Assembly (NCBI GenBank): GCA_032249235.1
Contig: JAVVGF010000001.1
Location: forward strand, 80,064 to 144,063
DNA length: 64,000 nucleotides
From: Thermoproteota archaeon
Lineage (GTDB): Archaea; Thermoproteota; Thermoprotei; Gearchaeales; Gearchaeaceae
Direction: 5' to 3'
Shown: piece after piece, positions 38,290-48,638 of the stretch
How the letters are laid out: the number at the start of each line of letters is the position of its first letter
Numbering within the stretch: the first letter of the stretch is position 1
Made by a program: the position numbers and the translations under genes
Notes under the pieces: generated by a model
The model's input: the letters and a program-made list of their open reading frames with translations, nothing else
What the model was told of the DNA's origin: nothing
The model's database searches: none

Positions 38290-38367
38290 ACTAATATAAA
38301 TTTTCAATAGAACTCGGCTTAAATTTAACAATTTATTAATCAGAATAGCTATTAAGACTTATTAGTA

Positions 38368-38688
38368 ATGAACTTAAGAAAAGACATTCTCTTTCATAAT
38401 ACTGTAGATGTTTGGATCAATTTTTGTGAAGCTTATAATATAGATTGGGATAATGTAGAAGCTTATTTATCATTCATAAATTTCTTATCTTCTAAAGGAG
38501 TCAAAATGAACCCCATGAATCTTTGTATAAAAGAAACAGGAGGTTTATATCAAAGAGGCAAGAAAAAAGCCGATTTCTTGGATAAACTCAGTAAATTGAA
38601 AATATCTAGACCTGTATATACTATAAAGCTTGATCAGAATTTAGAAAGTATACTCAATGAATATTTCAAATCTTTAGTTAAGAAATGA
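38368..38688 (+). CDS. hypothetical protein upstream of srp54
   Basis: The 106-aa ORF has no recognisable motif. Confidence 0.3.
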   Translation: MNLRKDILFHNTVDVWINFCEAYNIDWDNVEAYLSFINFLSSKGVKMNPMNLCIKETGGLYQRGKKKADFLDKLSKLKISRPVYTIKLDQNLESILNEYFKSLVKK

Positions 38689-39995
38689 GTTTCTTAAAAG
38701 ACTTTTCCAAATCCCTTTTAGATGCGATAAATAAGCTTAGAGGAAGTACAGGTGATGAAGCTGCATTAAAAGAATTCATTAGAGATATACAACGAATTCT
38801 CTTAAAAGCTGATGTAAATGTTAACATTGTACTTGAAATAAGTAAAAAACTTCAAGAAAAAATCAAAGAAGAACCTCCTCAAGGCTTTACGAGGAAAGAT
38901 CTAATTTTAAAAGAACTTTATGATAGCTTGATTGAAATTTTAGGAGGAAGAACAAAGCATAGATTGCAACTAAATCCTGATTCTTTAAATGTAATAATGC
39001 TAGTTGGAATTCAAGGTAGTGGTAAAACTACTACAGCTGCAAAATTAGCTTATTATTTAAAAAACAGGAACTACAAAGTAGGTTTGGTATGTGCAGATAC
39101 CTATAGATTGGGTGCTTATCATCAATTGAAGCAATTAGCTGAGAAGATAAATGTCCCTTTTTATGGCGAACCTGATGCTAAAGATTCTATAGAATTAGCA
39201 TTAAAAGGCATCGAAGCACTTTCAGATAAATGCAATGTAATAATCGTAGATACTGCAGGAAGACATAAGAACGAACAAGCTTTGATAGAAGAAATGAAGC
39301 TAATGGCGAGCAAAATCAATCCTACGCATGTCATTCTAGTAATAGATGCGACAATAGGTCAAGCTGCATATAATCAAGCTAAAGCTTTTAATGAAGCAAC
39401 GAAAATAGGAAGTATAATATTAACGAAGCTAGATGGTTCTGCAAAAGGAGGAGGCGCAATAAGCGCTGCCAAAGCTACGAATTCAAGAGTTATCTTCGTA
39501 GGATTAGGAGAAAAAATTGAAGAATTTGAAGAATTCGATCCTGTTTCTTTCACTAATCAACTTCTTGGATTAGGAGATATTGATCTTTTATCTAGAAAGA
39601 TAGAAGAAGCAAGGATTGAGCAAAAAATTAAAGCCGAAAAATTCATGCGTGGCGAATTCAATTTAAAAGAATTAGTTGAACAAATAAAGGAATTCAGAAA
39701 GCTAGGGCCTTTAAGTAAGTTGTTAAGTCTTCTTCCAGGTTTTTCTATCGAACTTCCTGAAGACGCTTTAAAAGAAGCTGAAAAGAACTTGGATAAATGG
39801 GAAGCAATAATTAATTCAATGACTAAGGAAGAAATTGCAAATCCTAAAATCATAGATAAAAGCAGAGCGCGAAGAATTGCAAGAGGCTCTGGTACTGATG
39901 TCAAGGATGTAGAAAAACTTTTAATGGCATATAATATGATGAAAAGAAATGTTAAACGTTTAAAAAGACTGGGCTTTAATGTCCCAATTAAATAA
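38685..39995 (+). CDS. srp54: signal recognition particle protein SRP54
   Basis: 'GIQGSGKTTTAAKLA' (G1), 'DTAGR' (G3) and 'TKLDG' (G4) are present, with a C-terminal M domain in 436 aa. Confidence 0.9.
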   Translation: MSFLKDFSKSLLDAINKLRGSTGDEAALKEFIRDIQRILLKADVNVNIVLEISKKLQEKIKEEPPQGFTRKDLILKELYDSLIEILGGRTKHRLQLNPDSLNVIMLVGIQGSGKTTTAAKLAYYLKNRNYKVGLVCADTYRLGAYHQLKQLAEKINVPFYGEPDAKDSIELALKGIEALSDKCNVIIVDTAGRHKNEQALIEEMKLMASKINPTHVILVIDATIGQAAYNQAKAFNEATKIGSIILTKLDGSAKGGGAISAAKATNSRVIFVGLGEKIEEFEEFDPVSFTNQLLGLGDIDLLSRKIEEARIEQKIKAEKFMRGEFNLKELVEQIKEFRKLGPLSKLLSLLPGFSIELPEDALKEAEKNLDKWEAIINSMTKEEIANPKIIDKSRARRIARGSGTDVKDVEKLLMAYNMMKRNVKRLKRLGFNVPIK

Positions 39996-41238
39996 CCTAA
40001 TTTTAAATAAAGCATCAGAAATAATAGAAAGATACAATATTTGTCCAATTTGTCTGGGAAGATTGTTCTATAATAATGAAAAAAAATCCATCTTAAAATT
40101 TTCAAAGATATTGTATATAAACTTAAATAAAGATTTTAAATATATTTTTTCAAAAAATAAAAAGTGTTATCTATGTAACAATTTTTTCTTTAATTTATTT
40201 AAAGTAATAAATTGGATTGTTGATAGAGTAGAATTTTATGAATTTTATAGCCTTAATTTTGGTACTAGAATACCAGAATATTTAGTTATTAGAGAAGATT
40301 ATATTCGTTCAAAGTATGAAATAAATGGTGGACTATCATTAAAAAGTTTTATTAATACACATATTTCAAAAATTTTATCGAGAATTTTAAATAGAAAAAT
40401 TGATTCAAAGAATCCTGATTTAAAAGTAATTTATGATTTGGAAAAAAGTTCTCTAGAGATCATCCCTTCAAATGTATACATATATGGAAGATACTTAAAG
40501 CTAAAAAGAGGTATTAGGCAAACAAGACAATATTGCAAGTTTTGTAAAGGAAGCGGATGTAGCGAGTGTAGCTATACAGGCTTTACGAACGATCCTTCGA
40601 TTGAAGGTTTTTTATTAAAAGAATTCAGAGATCGATTTTTGGGAGAAGTTAGCATATTTCATGCAGCTGGAAGAGAAGATTTGGATGTCATCACCGTTAA
40701 CACAGGAAGACCTTTCGTAATTGAAGTGCGTAGACCTTTGAAAAGAAAAATAAATCTAAAGGAATTAGAAGAATTTTTAAATAAAGTAAATGAAGGTTAT
40801 GTTTTGATTAAAAACTTATGTTATGTTGATAGGAAAATTATGGAAAAAATTAATGTATTTTCAAAATACGATGAGAAAACCTACAGATTAGTAGTGAAGT
40901 TCAATGGAGAAATTGATGAAGATGCGCTTAGGAAAATAGAAGAAGAGCTAAGAAATCGAGTTATAATTCAAAGAACACCTTTACGAGTTCTCTATAGGAG
41001 AGTAGACAAATACAGATATAAGATGGTCTATGATGTGAAAGCGAATAAAATTGGAGAAAATCTAGTTGAATTCATAATTAGGTGCCAAGGAGGTCTTTAT
41101 GTTAAGGAACTCGCTCATGGAGATCAAGGAAGAACACAACCTAGCATTTTTTCAATCACAGGAATTCCTTTAGAAATAATATCTTTGGATGTTATTTCTG
41201 TTGCACCTGAACTTGAGAAGAGACTAGAGATTGGTTAG
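39979..41238 (+). CDS. pus10: tRNA pseudouridine(54/55) synthase Pus10
   Basis: An N-terminal zinc ribbon 'CPICLGR', a central 'CKFCKGSGCSEC' and a C-terminal 'HGDQGRTQPS' catalytic region are present in 419 aa. srp54-pus10 adjacency is common in archaea. Confidence 0.75.
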   Translation: MSQLNNLILNKASEIIERYNICPICLGRLFYNNEKKSILKFSKILYINLNKDFKYIFSKNKKCYLCNNFFFNLFKVINWIVDRVEFYEFYSLNFGTRIPEYLVIREDYIRSKYEINGGLSLKSFINTHISKILSRILNRKIDSKNPDLKVIYDLEKSSLEIIPSNVYIYGRYLKLKRGIRQTRQYCKFCKGSGCSECSYTGFTNDPSIEGFLLKEFRDRFLGEVSIFHAAGREDLDVITVNTGRPFVIEVRRPLKRKINLKELEEFLNKVNEGYVLIKNLCYVDRKIMEKINVFSKYDEKTYRLVVKFNGEIDEDALRKIEEELRNRVIIQRTPLRVLYRRVDKYRYKMVYDVKANKIGENLVEFIIRCQGGLYVKELAHGDQGRTQPSIFSITGIPLEIISLDVISVAPELEKRLEIG

Positions 41239-41524
41239 AAGTTGCTTTATATTTCATTATATGTTCTTTCGTTGTGATTATTTGCTTAGTTTTACTTCCT
41301 AGTTTAACTTCTATTATGTATGCTTTTCCTCTTTTACCTATTATTTTACCCACCATTCCTTGATATCTTTTATGAGGTGCTGTGCTCATGTTGATTGGAT
41401 TTATATTAATATGTACAAGCTCTCCTATTTCGTATTCTATCATATATTGTGATAAGCCTTTTCTCATTCTCCTTTTCGAAAATAGCTTTCTCATTCTTTT
41501 TCTATATCCTTTCGTTGCTGGCAT
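41192..41524 (-). CDS. rpl21e: 50S ribosomal protein L21e
   Basis: 'MPATKGYRKRMRKLFSKR...HKRYQGMVGKIIGKRGKAYIIEV' is the eL21 signature. Confidence 0.85.
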   Translation of the reverse strand: MPATKGYRKRMRKLFSKRRMRKGLSQYMIEYEIGELVHININPINMSTAPHKRYQGMVGKIIGKRGKAYIIEVKLGSKTKQIITTKEHIMKYKATSNQSLVSSQVQVQQK

Positions 41525-41577
41525 GGTTATTAAATAGATAGATATACTTTTATGCTTATTAGTTTAATTAACTTAGA

Positions 41578-41895
41578 ATGAAGATCATCTTTTACAAGGA
41601 TATTACAATGCATGAAGCTTTAGAGATATTGGAAAAAAGGCTAGCTGAAGAAAATGTCAAAGAAAATCAAAAGAAAATGTATGATTATCTTAAAAAATTC
41701 TCGAGTTTAAGTGCAGATAAAGCGAGAGCTTTGGTTGAAAAACTTGTTACTGAATTTAATGTTCCTAGATCTGATGCTGTTCAGATGGTCAACATGATGC
41801 CAAGTAATGTTGAAGAATTGAGGAATATAATTCAAAGTGATAGATATTACACTACTGAGGAACTTCAAAAAATTTTGAAAGTTCTTAAAGAATAG
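41578..41895 (+). CDS. rpoF: RNA polymerase subunit Rpo4/F
   Basis: The 105-aa helical ORF sits in the conserved rpl21e-rpoF-DUF655 order and has 'MPSNVEELRNI', an HRDC-like motif. Confidence 0.65.
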   Translation: MKIIFYKDITMHEALEILEKRLAEENVKENQKKMYDYLKKFSSLSADKARALVEKLVTEFNVPRSDAVQMVNMMPSNVEELRNIIQSDRYYTTEELQKILKVLKE

Positions 41896-42522
41896 TTGAT
41901 GTCTGGTTTTATTAAGAAAAGATTTTATTATGAAGAATTCGCAATAATATTAAGCTATAATATACCACAAAAATTTATAAAAGAGAAGAGGCAACAGCTC
42001 TATTTTCCTCGATTAAAGGAAGTTTATTCACAGGCTATAGGCAAAGATTATTATACTTTATTAGAGATTGTTTCAGATCCGACAATTGTGCTTCAAAAAG
42101 GAGAAATGGTATATATTGGCAAAGGAAGTCCTAAAGTTAAAAGAGTCAGTGCTAGATTGATTTATGATGAACTATCTGATGATGCAAAACTATTCCTCGA
42201 TGAGGCTTTGAGGAGATTAGTGAAAGAGAATGAGAAAAAATTCGTAGATTTTTTCAACAATGCTGGGCCTTTGTCTCCTAGAGCACATGCTCTTGAGATG
42301 CTTCCCAGAATAGGTAAAAAGACAGTTGAGAAAATACTCATCGAAAGAAATATAAAATTTTTCGAAAGTTATGAAGACATTAAAAAAAGAGTTGGCATAT
42401 CAAATCTTGAAGATATAATTTTTGAAAGATTAAAGATTGAAGTAACATCGAAAGAAAAACTCAATTTCTATCTATTTGCTAAAGGTGTACAAAACACAAT
42501 TGAAGAGAGAACCTCTATATAA
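41896..42522 (+). CDS. DUF655 protein (conserved partner of rpoF, HhH-containing)
   Basis: The call rests on position and 208-aa size, plus a C-terminal 'LPRIGKKTVEKIL' helix-hairpin-helix. Confidence 0.6.
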   Translation: MMSGFIKKRFYYEEFAIILSYNIPQKFIKEKRQQLYFPRLKEVYSQAIGKDYYTLLEIVSDPTIVLQKGEMVYIGKGSPKVKRVSARLIYDELSDDAKLFLDEALRRLVKENEKKFVDFFNNAGPLSPRAHALEMLPRIGKKTVEKILIERNIKFFESYEDIKKRVGISNLEDIIFERLKIEVTSKEKLNFYLFAKGVQNTIEERTSI

Positions 42523-42603
42523 TCCTTATGCAATGTTTCATAATTTTTGTTCTCATTAAAAAGAAAAGATTTATAAAGGATTAAGAGAAGTAGCTATGTA
42601 AAA

Positions 42604-43032
42604 ATGGATAAAATAAAATTTGCACTAGCGTGTCTGGCAGTACTAGCATTGTTCATATCTTTCAGTGGGCAAGCTTTACCAATATATGGCTTATCTACAA
42701 TCTTAGGTACGATAATCATCATATCTACAACATTGATAACTACAACAATCGTCTCTACGACAATAATAAGCTCAGTATTGATGGGTAGCAATGCTACAGT
42801 TTTGTTAAGTCCTTATTTCGCAGCATATAATACAGGAATATACATGGCTCAAATTTTAATAGCCTTAGGCACAATAGCATCTCTTATTTATATGGAGCTC
42901 ACAAATCCGCATGCTGTAGGTAAAATTGGAAATAAGGCATTGGAGCTTAGAAGAGTGTTGCTTCCATTTGCAGCAATTACAGTGTTAATATTCTTTATAA
43001 CGTTCATAGTAAAAGTAATTCTAGCCTTATAA
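42604..43032 (+). CDS. small membrane protein, unknown function
   Basis: The 142-aa ORF has a signal-like N-terminus and a Thr/Ile-rich TM segment. Confidence 0.4.
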   Translation: MDKIKFALACLAVLALFISFSGQALPIYGLSTILGTIIIISTTLITTTIVSTTIISSVLMGSNATVLLSPYFAAYNTGIYMAQILIALGTIASLIYMELTNPHAVGKIGNKALELRRVLLPFAAITVLIFFITFIVKVILAL

Positions 43033-43044
43033 TAAATAAAATTT

Positions 43045-43434
43045 TTATTTAATTCTAGAAATAAACTTATATCCCAGTACTTCCCATACTTCTACTTCCA
43101 TCCCTGCAGCGAGTTTATCTGCTAATTCTTGTGGTTTACTTACTTCATAAAATTCGTATGTTTTCAAATCCATCAATTGAACTGTATCTTTACCAACGTT
43201 TATTACCTGTGCAAATTTTTTATCTATTATTGGGATATTAACTTGAGCATCTGAAGGGACAGTTAATACTTTCTTAGTATTATCTATTATGCTAACCCCA
43301 ACGATTCTTACTTTGGTAGAACCATGTTTTCCTGTTTTAGATTTTTCAACTTCTACAACTCTACAAGGTACATCTTCAATAACTATATATGAACCTTCTT
43401 TAATTGAACCTGCCTCAGCTATTTTTACGCTCAT
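43045..43434 (-). CDS. eif5a: translation initiation factor 5A
   Basis: 'SKTGKHGSTK' is the hypusine loop, and the 129-aa length fits. Confidence 0.9.
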   Translation of the reverse strand: MSVKIAEAGSIKEGSYIVIEDVPCRVVEVEKSKTGKHGSTKVRIVGVSIIDNTKKVLTVPSDAQVNIPIIDKKFAQVINVGKDTVQLMDLKTYEFYEVSKPQELADKLAAGMEVEVWEVLGYKFISRIK

Positions 43435-43492
43435 ATGCTATAGATTGAATTGAAATTTATATAAATTATTTTATTTCAAATAAAAAACATAT

Positions 43493-44302
43493 TTGGGCAT
43501 GCAAATAGGACTAATATCGAAAAAGGATAACAATTCAATTTTGACTGTAAATAAATTAATAGAATTACTTAGAGGTCATACGATTTATTTTGACGAAGAA
43601 TTGGCTTCTTTGCTTAATAAAAAGGAAATCATCGATTATGCTAATCATTTGGATTTAATAATATGGGTTGGAGGCGATGGAACTTTACTAAAGTACGTCA
43701 ACAAAATAAAAAAATTCGGAGCAAGCCTATTAGGTATAAAAACGGGCGGCGTAGGTTTCTTATGCGAAATAAGTCCTGAGGAAATCGATCAATCTTTTAA
43801 ACTATTATTTGAAGGAAAATATTATTTAGAGAATAGAAAATTACTAGAAATATCTCATGATAAAGAGGTATATTTTGCGTTGAATGAAGTTTTTGTATCA
43901 AATTCTGAAATAGGAAAAACTTCAAAATTTTTGGTATTGAAAGACAGTGTAGAAATATTCAAAGGCAAATGTGATGGTATTATCGTCGCTACAAGCCTTG
44001 GCTCAACAGCTTATATAGCTAGTCGTGGAGGCCCTATAGTAGATCCATCTTTAGATGTTTTGATTTTAGATCCTGTAAATCCTTTAAAATGGGGCTCAAG
44101 ATTTATGATATTACCATTTGATTCATCGCTTGAAATAATATCTGAAAAAGACTATAATTTGATTATAGACGGGAATATTATTAAAGCAAGTAAAAAACAT
44201 GAATCAGTTAAAGTTAAGGGTTCGAATGAGCATTTTAAATTTGTTCGTTTCAGAAAAAGCTTCTATGAAAAAGTGAGAAAAAGAGTAATACTCGATGTCT
44301 GA
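43493..44302 (+). CDS. nadK: NAD kinase
   Basis: 'IIWVGGDGTLL' is the GGDG motif and 'NEVFV' is the NE/D motif, in a 269-aa protein. Confidence 0.85.
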   Translation: MGMQIGLISKKDNNSILTVNKLIELLRGHTIYFDEELASLLNKKEIIDYANHLDLIIWVGGDGTLLKYVNKIKKFGASLLGIKTGGVGFLCEISPEEIDQSFKLLFEGKYYLENRKLLEISHDKEVYFALNEVFVSNSEIGKTSKFLVLKDSVEIFKGKCDGIIVATSLGSTAYIASRGGPIVDPSLDVLILDPVNPLKWGSRFMILPFDSSLEIISEKDYNLIIDGNIIKASKKHESVKVKGSNEHFKFVRFRKSFYEKVRKRVILDV

Positions 44303-44783
44303 AACAATCTATATTGCAGATTCAAGCTTCTTTATCGAAGATCATAATATAAAAATAGAAGAAATCCATACTACAGAGAGTGTAATTCAAGAGTTGAAAA
44401 GTCTAAAAGCCAAGTTGAAGTTTGAAGCCTTTTCTCCCTTTGTAATTTTCCATAAACCATCTGAAGAGTCGATAAATAAGATAAAAGAAATTGCTAAAAA
44501 TCATGGCGAAATTTCTTTGTCTCAAGTTGATGTTGAGATTTTGGCAATAGCTCTTGATCTTTCAAAATCTAAAAACGTAGTAATATTAAGTGATGATTAT
44601 TCAATACAAAATATTTGCAAATATTTAGGTATTGAATGTAAAGGAATATCAAAGAAAATCATTAAGAAAAAGATAAAATGGGAGTTATATTGCAAGATTT
44701 GCGGAAACAAATTACCATCTTCAGCAATTACATGTATCTATTGCGGAAGTAAAGATGTCGCTAGAAGACCTTCATCAGATTAA
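44295..44783 (+). CDS. nob1: Nob1-like endonuclease (PIN + zinc ribbon)
   Basis: 'IYIADSSFFIE' is the acidic PIN start, and the C-terminal 'CKICGNK...CIYCGS' is a zinc ribbon. Confidence 0.7.
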   Translation: MSETIYIADSSFFIEDHNIKIEEIHTTESVIQELKSLKAKLKFEAFSPFVIFHKPSEESINKIKEIAKNHGEISLSQVDVEILAIALDLSKSKNVVILSDDYSIQNICKYLGIECKGISKKIIKKKIKWELYCKICGNKLPSSAITCIYCGSKDVARRPSSD

Positions 44784-45900
44784 AGCGCCGCAATGGCTAA
44801 TTCAAATATTTAGAAAATCTTTTAATGATGAATATATTGAAGTATTGAAAAGTCTGCTAAAACCTACTTGGAAATATTATTTAAGAGTTAATTCTTTAAG
44901 AAGTGAAACCGATGAAATTATTAAATTGCTCAAAGATGATGGTATAGTTGCTATTAAAGATGATTTAGTCGAAGATGCAGTTTATATTGAGGGATATGAA
45001 GAGCTTAATCCTCTTCTCCTCGAATCTTTAGTAATAGCTAAAATAGATGCTGCAGAGAGCACTTCTGAAGGAGCAGATCTATACAGACCAGGCACTATTT
45101 CGATTAAAAATGCTGAAAAAGGCTCCAAGGTAAGCATCGTAACTCCTGATCTAGCAGTAGCAGCTGAAGGGATATTGATGATGGATGAGAAAGAATTCAA
45201 GAATTCCAAGAAAGGATTGGTTGTGAAAAATACTAAACCGAAGTTCAAGAGGTCTTCTGTACATAACTTAAAAGCATTCCAACAAGGACTTATATATCCT
45301 CAATCCTATCCTTCAATTTTAACAATACATGAATTAGAACCGAAAGAAAATGAAACCATCGTTGATATGTGTGCTTCCCCTGGAGGAAAGTTATCACATA
45401 TTATTCAGATGACTAAAGGTAAAGCTAAAATAATCGCATGCGATAAATCTCATTCTAAAATTAACAAAATCAAAGATACGCTAGCACGCTTAGGTTTTCC
45501 TGAACCATTCTTATTGAAATGTGATTCAAGATACCTAGATTTAATTTTAGGTAAAGAGATAGCAGATAAAATCACACTCGATCCTTCTTGTTCAGACTTA
45601 GGTTTAAGACCTAGAATTACTTTTAATATACCTAAGAAAAATCCTAAAGACTATTCAGAGTTTCAAAAACAGTTGCTTAGGGCTGCATATAATTTACTGA
45701 AAAAAGGGGGTATTCTTTGTTATAGCGTTTGTACAGTAAGCTATGAAGAAACTTATGAAATTTACAACTATGCTATAGAGGAATTAAAAATGGAAGCTTT
45801 ACCTTTAAAATTTACTGATGAAAAAGAGTCAATTCATCTTTTCAATCCATATAAAGAAGATACTCCTGGATATGCGATTTTTAAACTTAAGAAAATTTAG
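44755..45900 (+). CDS. RNA cytosine-C5 methyltransferase, NOL1/NOP2/Sun family with N-terminal PUA-like domain
   Basis: 'DMCASPGGK' is SAM motif I, 'DPSCSDLG' is motif IV with the catalytic Cys, and 'CYSVCT' is motif VI with its Cys. Confidence 0.8.
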   Translation: MSLEDLHQIKAPQWLIQIFRKSFNDEYIEVLKSLLKPTWKYYLRVNSLRSETDEIIKLLKDDGIVAIKDDLVEDAVYIEGYEELNPLLLESLVIAKIDAAESTSEGADLYRPGTISIKNAEKGSKVSIVTPDLAVAAEGILMMDEKEFKNSKKGLVVKNTKPKFKRSSVHNLKAFQQGLIYPQSYPSILTIHELEPKENETIVDMCASPGGKLSHIIQMTKGKAKIIACDKSHSKINKIKDTLARLGFPEPFLLKCDSRYLDLILGKEIADKITLDPSCSDLGLRPRITFNIPKKNPKDYSEFQKQLLRAAYNLLKKGGILCYSVCTVSYEETYEIYNYAIEELKMEALPLKFTDEKESIHLFNPYKEDTPGYAIFKLKKI

Positions 45901-45935
45901 ATAAGTTTATACATTTTGTCAAAGAAGTCTTCTCA

Positions 45936-47648
45936 ATGAGTGAAAGAATTCGAGGTAATGCTTGGAAAATAAAATGGAATTCATGGAGCAAAGAAGCTTT
46001 TGAAAAAGCAAAGAGAGAAAATAAGCTAGTGCTTTTAAGCTTAGCTGGAGTTTGGTGTCATTGGTGTCATGTCATGGATGAAACAACCTATTCTGATGAA
46101 GAAATAATAAGTCTGATAAACGAAAACTTCATACCAATAAGAGTTGATGTTGATGAAAGACCTGACATTAGCGAGAGATATAATTTTGGCGGCTTTCCTA
46201 CCTTTGCATTTTTAACGCATGAAGGGGATGTAATAACAGGAGGAACATACGTTCCTCCTGCTCAGTTCAAGGAGATAGTTAAAGAAATGATAGAATTGAA
46301 CAAAAAAGGAGATATTAAAGATTTAATTGCTTCTTCAGTTTCAAAGAAAAGTGAAATAAGAAAGGCTAATCCGAATGAAAAGATCATATGGGATGTTGTT
46401 GATATACTTATATCTTATTTTGATGAAAGTTATGGTGGTTTTGGAATAGAACCTAAATTTCCTATTTCTGATGCTATACTATTCTTAGAAAACATGTATA
46501 GCATTACTAAGAAAAATGGCTTCAATGTAATGGTTAAGAAGACTCTTGAAGGTATGTTGAATGGAATTTATGATGAAATTGAAGGCGGCTTCTTTAGATA
46601 TAGTGTTACAAGAGATTGGAAAAATCCTCATTATGAAAAAATGCTGGAAACAAATGCTAATTTGCTACTCTGTTATGCATATTACTATTATCTAAGCGGT
46701 GAAAGAAAATATAAAGATGTTGTTGAGAAAACTGCAAATTATTTAATAAAAAACTTGAGAGATAAAGATACAGGATTGTTTTATAGCAGTCAAGATGCTG
46801 ATGAAGTTTATTATTCATTAAATTTAGAAGAAAGAAAGAAAAGAAATCCTCCTTACATCGATAAAAACATATATTCATGTAAAAATTCTCTTTGTGCAAT
46901 TTCTTTCTTGAAATCTGGAATATTATTAAACAATGAAGATTATATTAATATAGCATTAGAGGTATCAAAAAAATTATACAATGAATATTTAACCAAAGAA
47001 GGAATTTTACATTCAAAAAATTTAAATATTTCTTATTTAGATGATAATGTTTTATTTCTAGATTTATTGCTCAATCTTTATAGTTATTATTTAGATGAAG
47101 AATATCTAGAAAGGGCTAAAAATATTGCTGACATAATAGTAAAGGAATATATCGATTCAAATGGTTTGCTCAAAGATAGAAAACCAAGCGAAGATTCTTT
47201 AGGTTTGCTAAAAGAACCCTATCATCCTCTTAATGAGAATTCTCTTGCTGCTAAAGATCTCTACATACTTGGAGAGCTTATAAGCGATGAGAATTTAAAA
47301 AAGATTTCACAAGAAATAACTTCAATTTTATCTGCAAATTACGCAAGCTATAGCTTATTCGCTTCTTCTTTTGCAAATTCTTTATTATTTTTATTAAATC
47401 CTATTGAAATTAGACTTGTTTTCAGCAATAAGGATGTTGCTAAAAATATAATCAAAGAGAACAAGTTAATTCTCGATCCTCTTGTTTATATAAAGTATAT
47501 AGATTTTAACTCTGAAGATTCAAAGCGAGAATATAACAAAGAAGGAATCTATGTGTGTAAAGGAACGTTATGTTATCCTCCTGTTTATACTTCTGATGAA
47601 CTAAACAAGCTAATGGAGAAGATCTTAAAAGAAAGTTTGAAGTTTTAA
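45936..47648 (+). CDS. thioredoxin-domain protein YyaL/DUF255 with six-hairpin (N-acylglucosamine-2-epimerase-like) domain
   Basis: 'AGVWCHWCHVMDETTYSDEEI' is the DUF255 signature CxxC region, in a 570-aa protein. Confidence 0.75.
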   Translation: MSERIRGNAWKIKWNSWSKEAFEKAKRENKLVLLSLAGVWCHWCHVMDETTYSDEEIISLINENFIPIRVDVDERPDISERYNFGGFPTFAFLTHEGDVITGGTYVPPAQFKEIVKEMIELNKKGDIKDLIASSVSKKSEIRKANPNEKIIWDVVDILISYFDESYGGFGIEPKFPISDAILFLENMYSITKKNGFNVMVKKTLEGMLNGIYDEIEGGFFRYSVTRDWKNPHYEKMLETNANLLLCYAYYYYLSGERKYKDVVEKTANYLIKNLRDKDTGLFYSSQDADEVYYSLNLEERKKRNPPYIDKNIYSCKNSLCAISFLKSGILLNNEDYINIALEVSKKLYNEYLTKEGILHSKNLNISYLDDNVLFLDLLLNLYSYYLDEEYLERAKNIADIIVKEYIDSNGLLKDRKPSEDSLGLLKEPYHPLNENSLAAKDLYILGELISDENLKKISQEITSILSANYASYSLFASSFANSLLFLLNPIEIRLVFSNKDVAKNIIKENKLILDPLVYIKYIDFNSEDSKREYNKEGIYVCKGTLCYPPVYTSDELNKLMEKILKESLKF

Positions 47649-47669
47649 TACTTAAAAATAATATTTATT

Positions 47670-48638
47670 GTGCAAGAATATAAGTGGTGGAAAAACAATT
47701 TTCCTATAATCGAGATTAAGAAAGCCAAATCTATTTTACATGAGTTTAAAACTGTTGAACTCGTAGATTATGGACTTGCTATTAATCCTTACATCGGATG
47801 TCAACATAGATGCTTGTATTGTTATGCAACATACGAATGGGCTCCAGATTTTTATGATAAGATATATGTGAAGGAGAATGCGGATAAAATCCTCAAAGTT
47901 GAGCTACCTTTACATGGAATTAGCACTCCCGTAATGATAGGTACTTCTACTGATTCATATCAGCCAGTTGAATTGAAATTCAAAATTACAAGAAGAATTA
48001 TTGAAATATTGCAAAAACATCAAGTTACATACTACATATTTACAAAATCAACTGCTGTATTAAGAGATTTAGATTTGCATGCAAAATATAAAGATAAATG
48101 CTTCATAATTTGGTCTCTTACAACGATTGATGAGAAAATTAAAAGAAAAATTGAACCCTTCGCAGCGTCTGCAAGTAAAATATTTGAAGCTATGAGAATA
48201 ATGAGAAAAAATGGAATTACATGCGGAATAAACATCGATCCTATAATGCCTTGTATAAATGATGATAAAGCAATGCTTTCAGAATTGTTATTGAAAGCTA
48301 AAGAAGCTGATTGCTCATTTGTTTCATCTGGAATATTAAGATTGAGAGAAGATATATGGCAAAGGATGAAAATTTTCTTTGAATCTGAAGGAAGAAAGAA
48401 CATAATTAATGTATATGAAAAGATTTATTTTGAAGAACCTAAGAAAATAGGCTATTATTATTTCGCAAAAGAAGAATATTGTGAAGAGATTACAGATTTC
48501 ATAATTGAACAATGCAAAAGACTTGATTTGCATTACGGTTTTCCTTTCTTATCTAATAGTAAAATTAAATTAAACTTCCAGAAATCATTACTTGAATATA
48601 TCCATGGGCAAGCTTGTACGTGCACATCTATTCATTGA
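47670..48638 (+). CDS. radical SAM protein (SplB/COG1533-like)
   Basis: '[16 protein letters not shown]' is the CxxxCxxC cluster in the NPY-GC context typical of the spore-photoproduct-lyase-like family. Confidence 0.65.
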   Translation: MQEYKWWKNNFPIIEIKKAKSILHEFKTVELVDYGLAINPYIGCQHRCLYCYATYEWAPDFYDKIYVKENADKILKVELPLHGISTPVMIGTSTDSYQPVELKFKITRRIIEILQKHQVTYYIFTKSTAVLRDLDLHAKYKDKCFIIWSLTTIDEKIKRKIEPFAASASKIFEAMRIMRKNGITCGINIDPIMPCINDDKAMLSELLLKAKEADCSFVSSGILRLREDIWQRMKIFFESEGRKNIINVYEKIYFEEPKKIGYYYFAKEEYCEEITDFIIEQCKRLDLHYGFPFLSNSKIKLNFQKSLLEYIHGQACTCTSIH

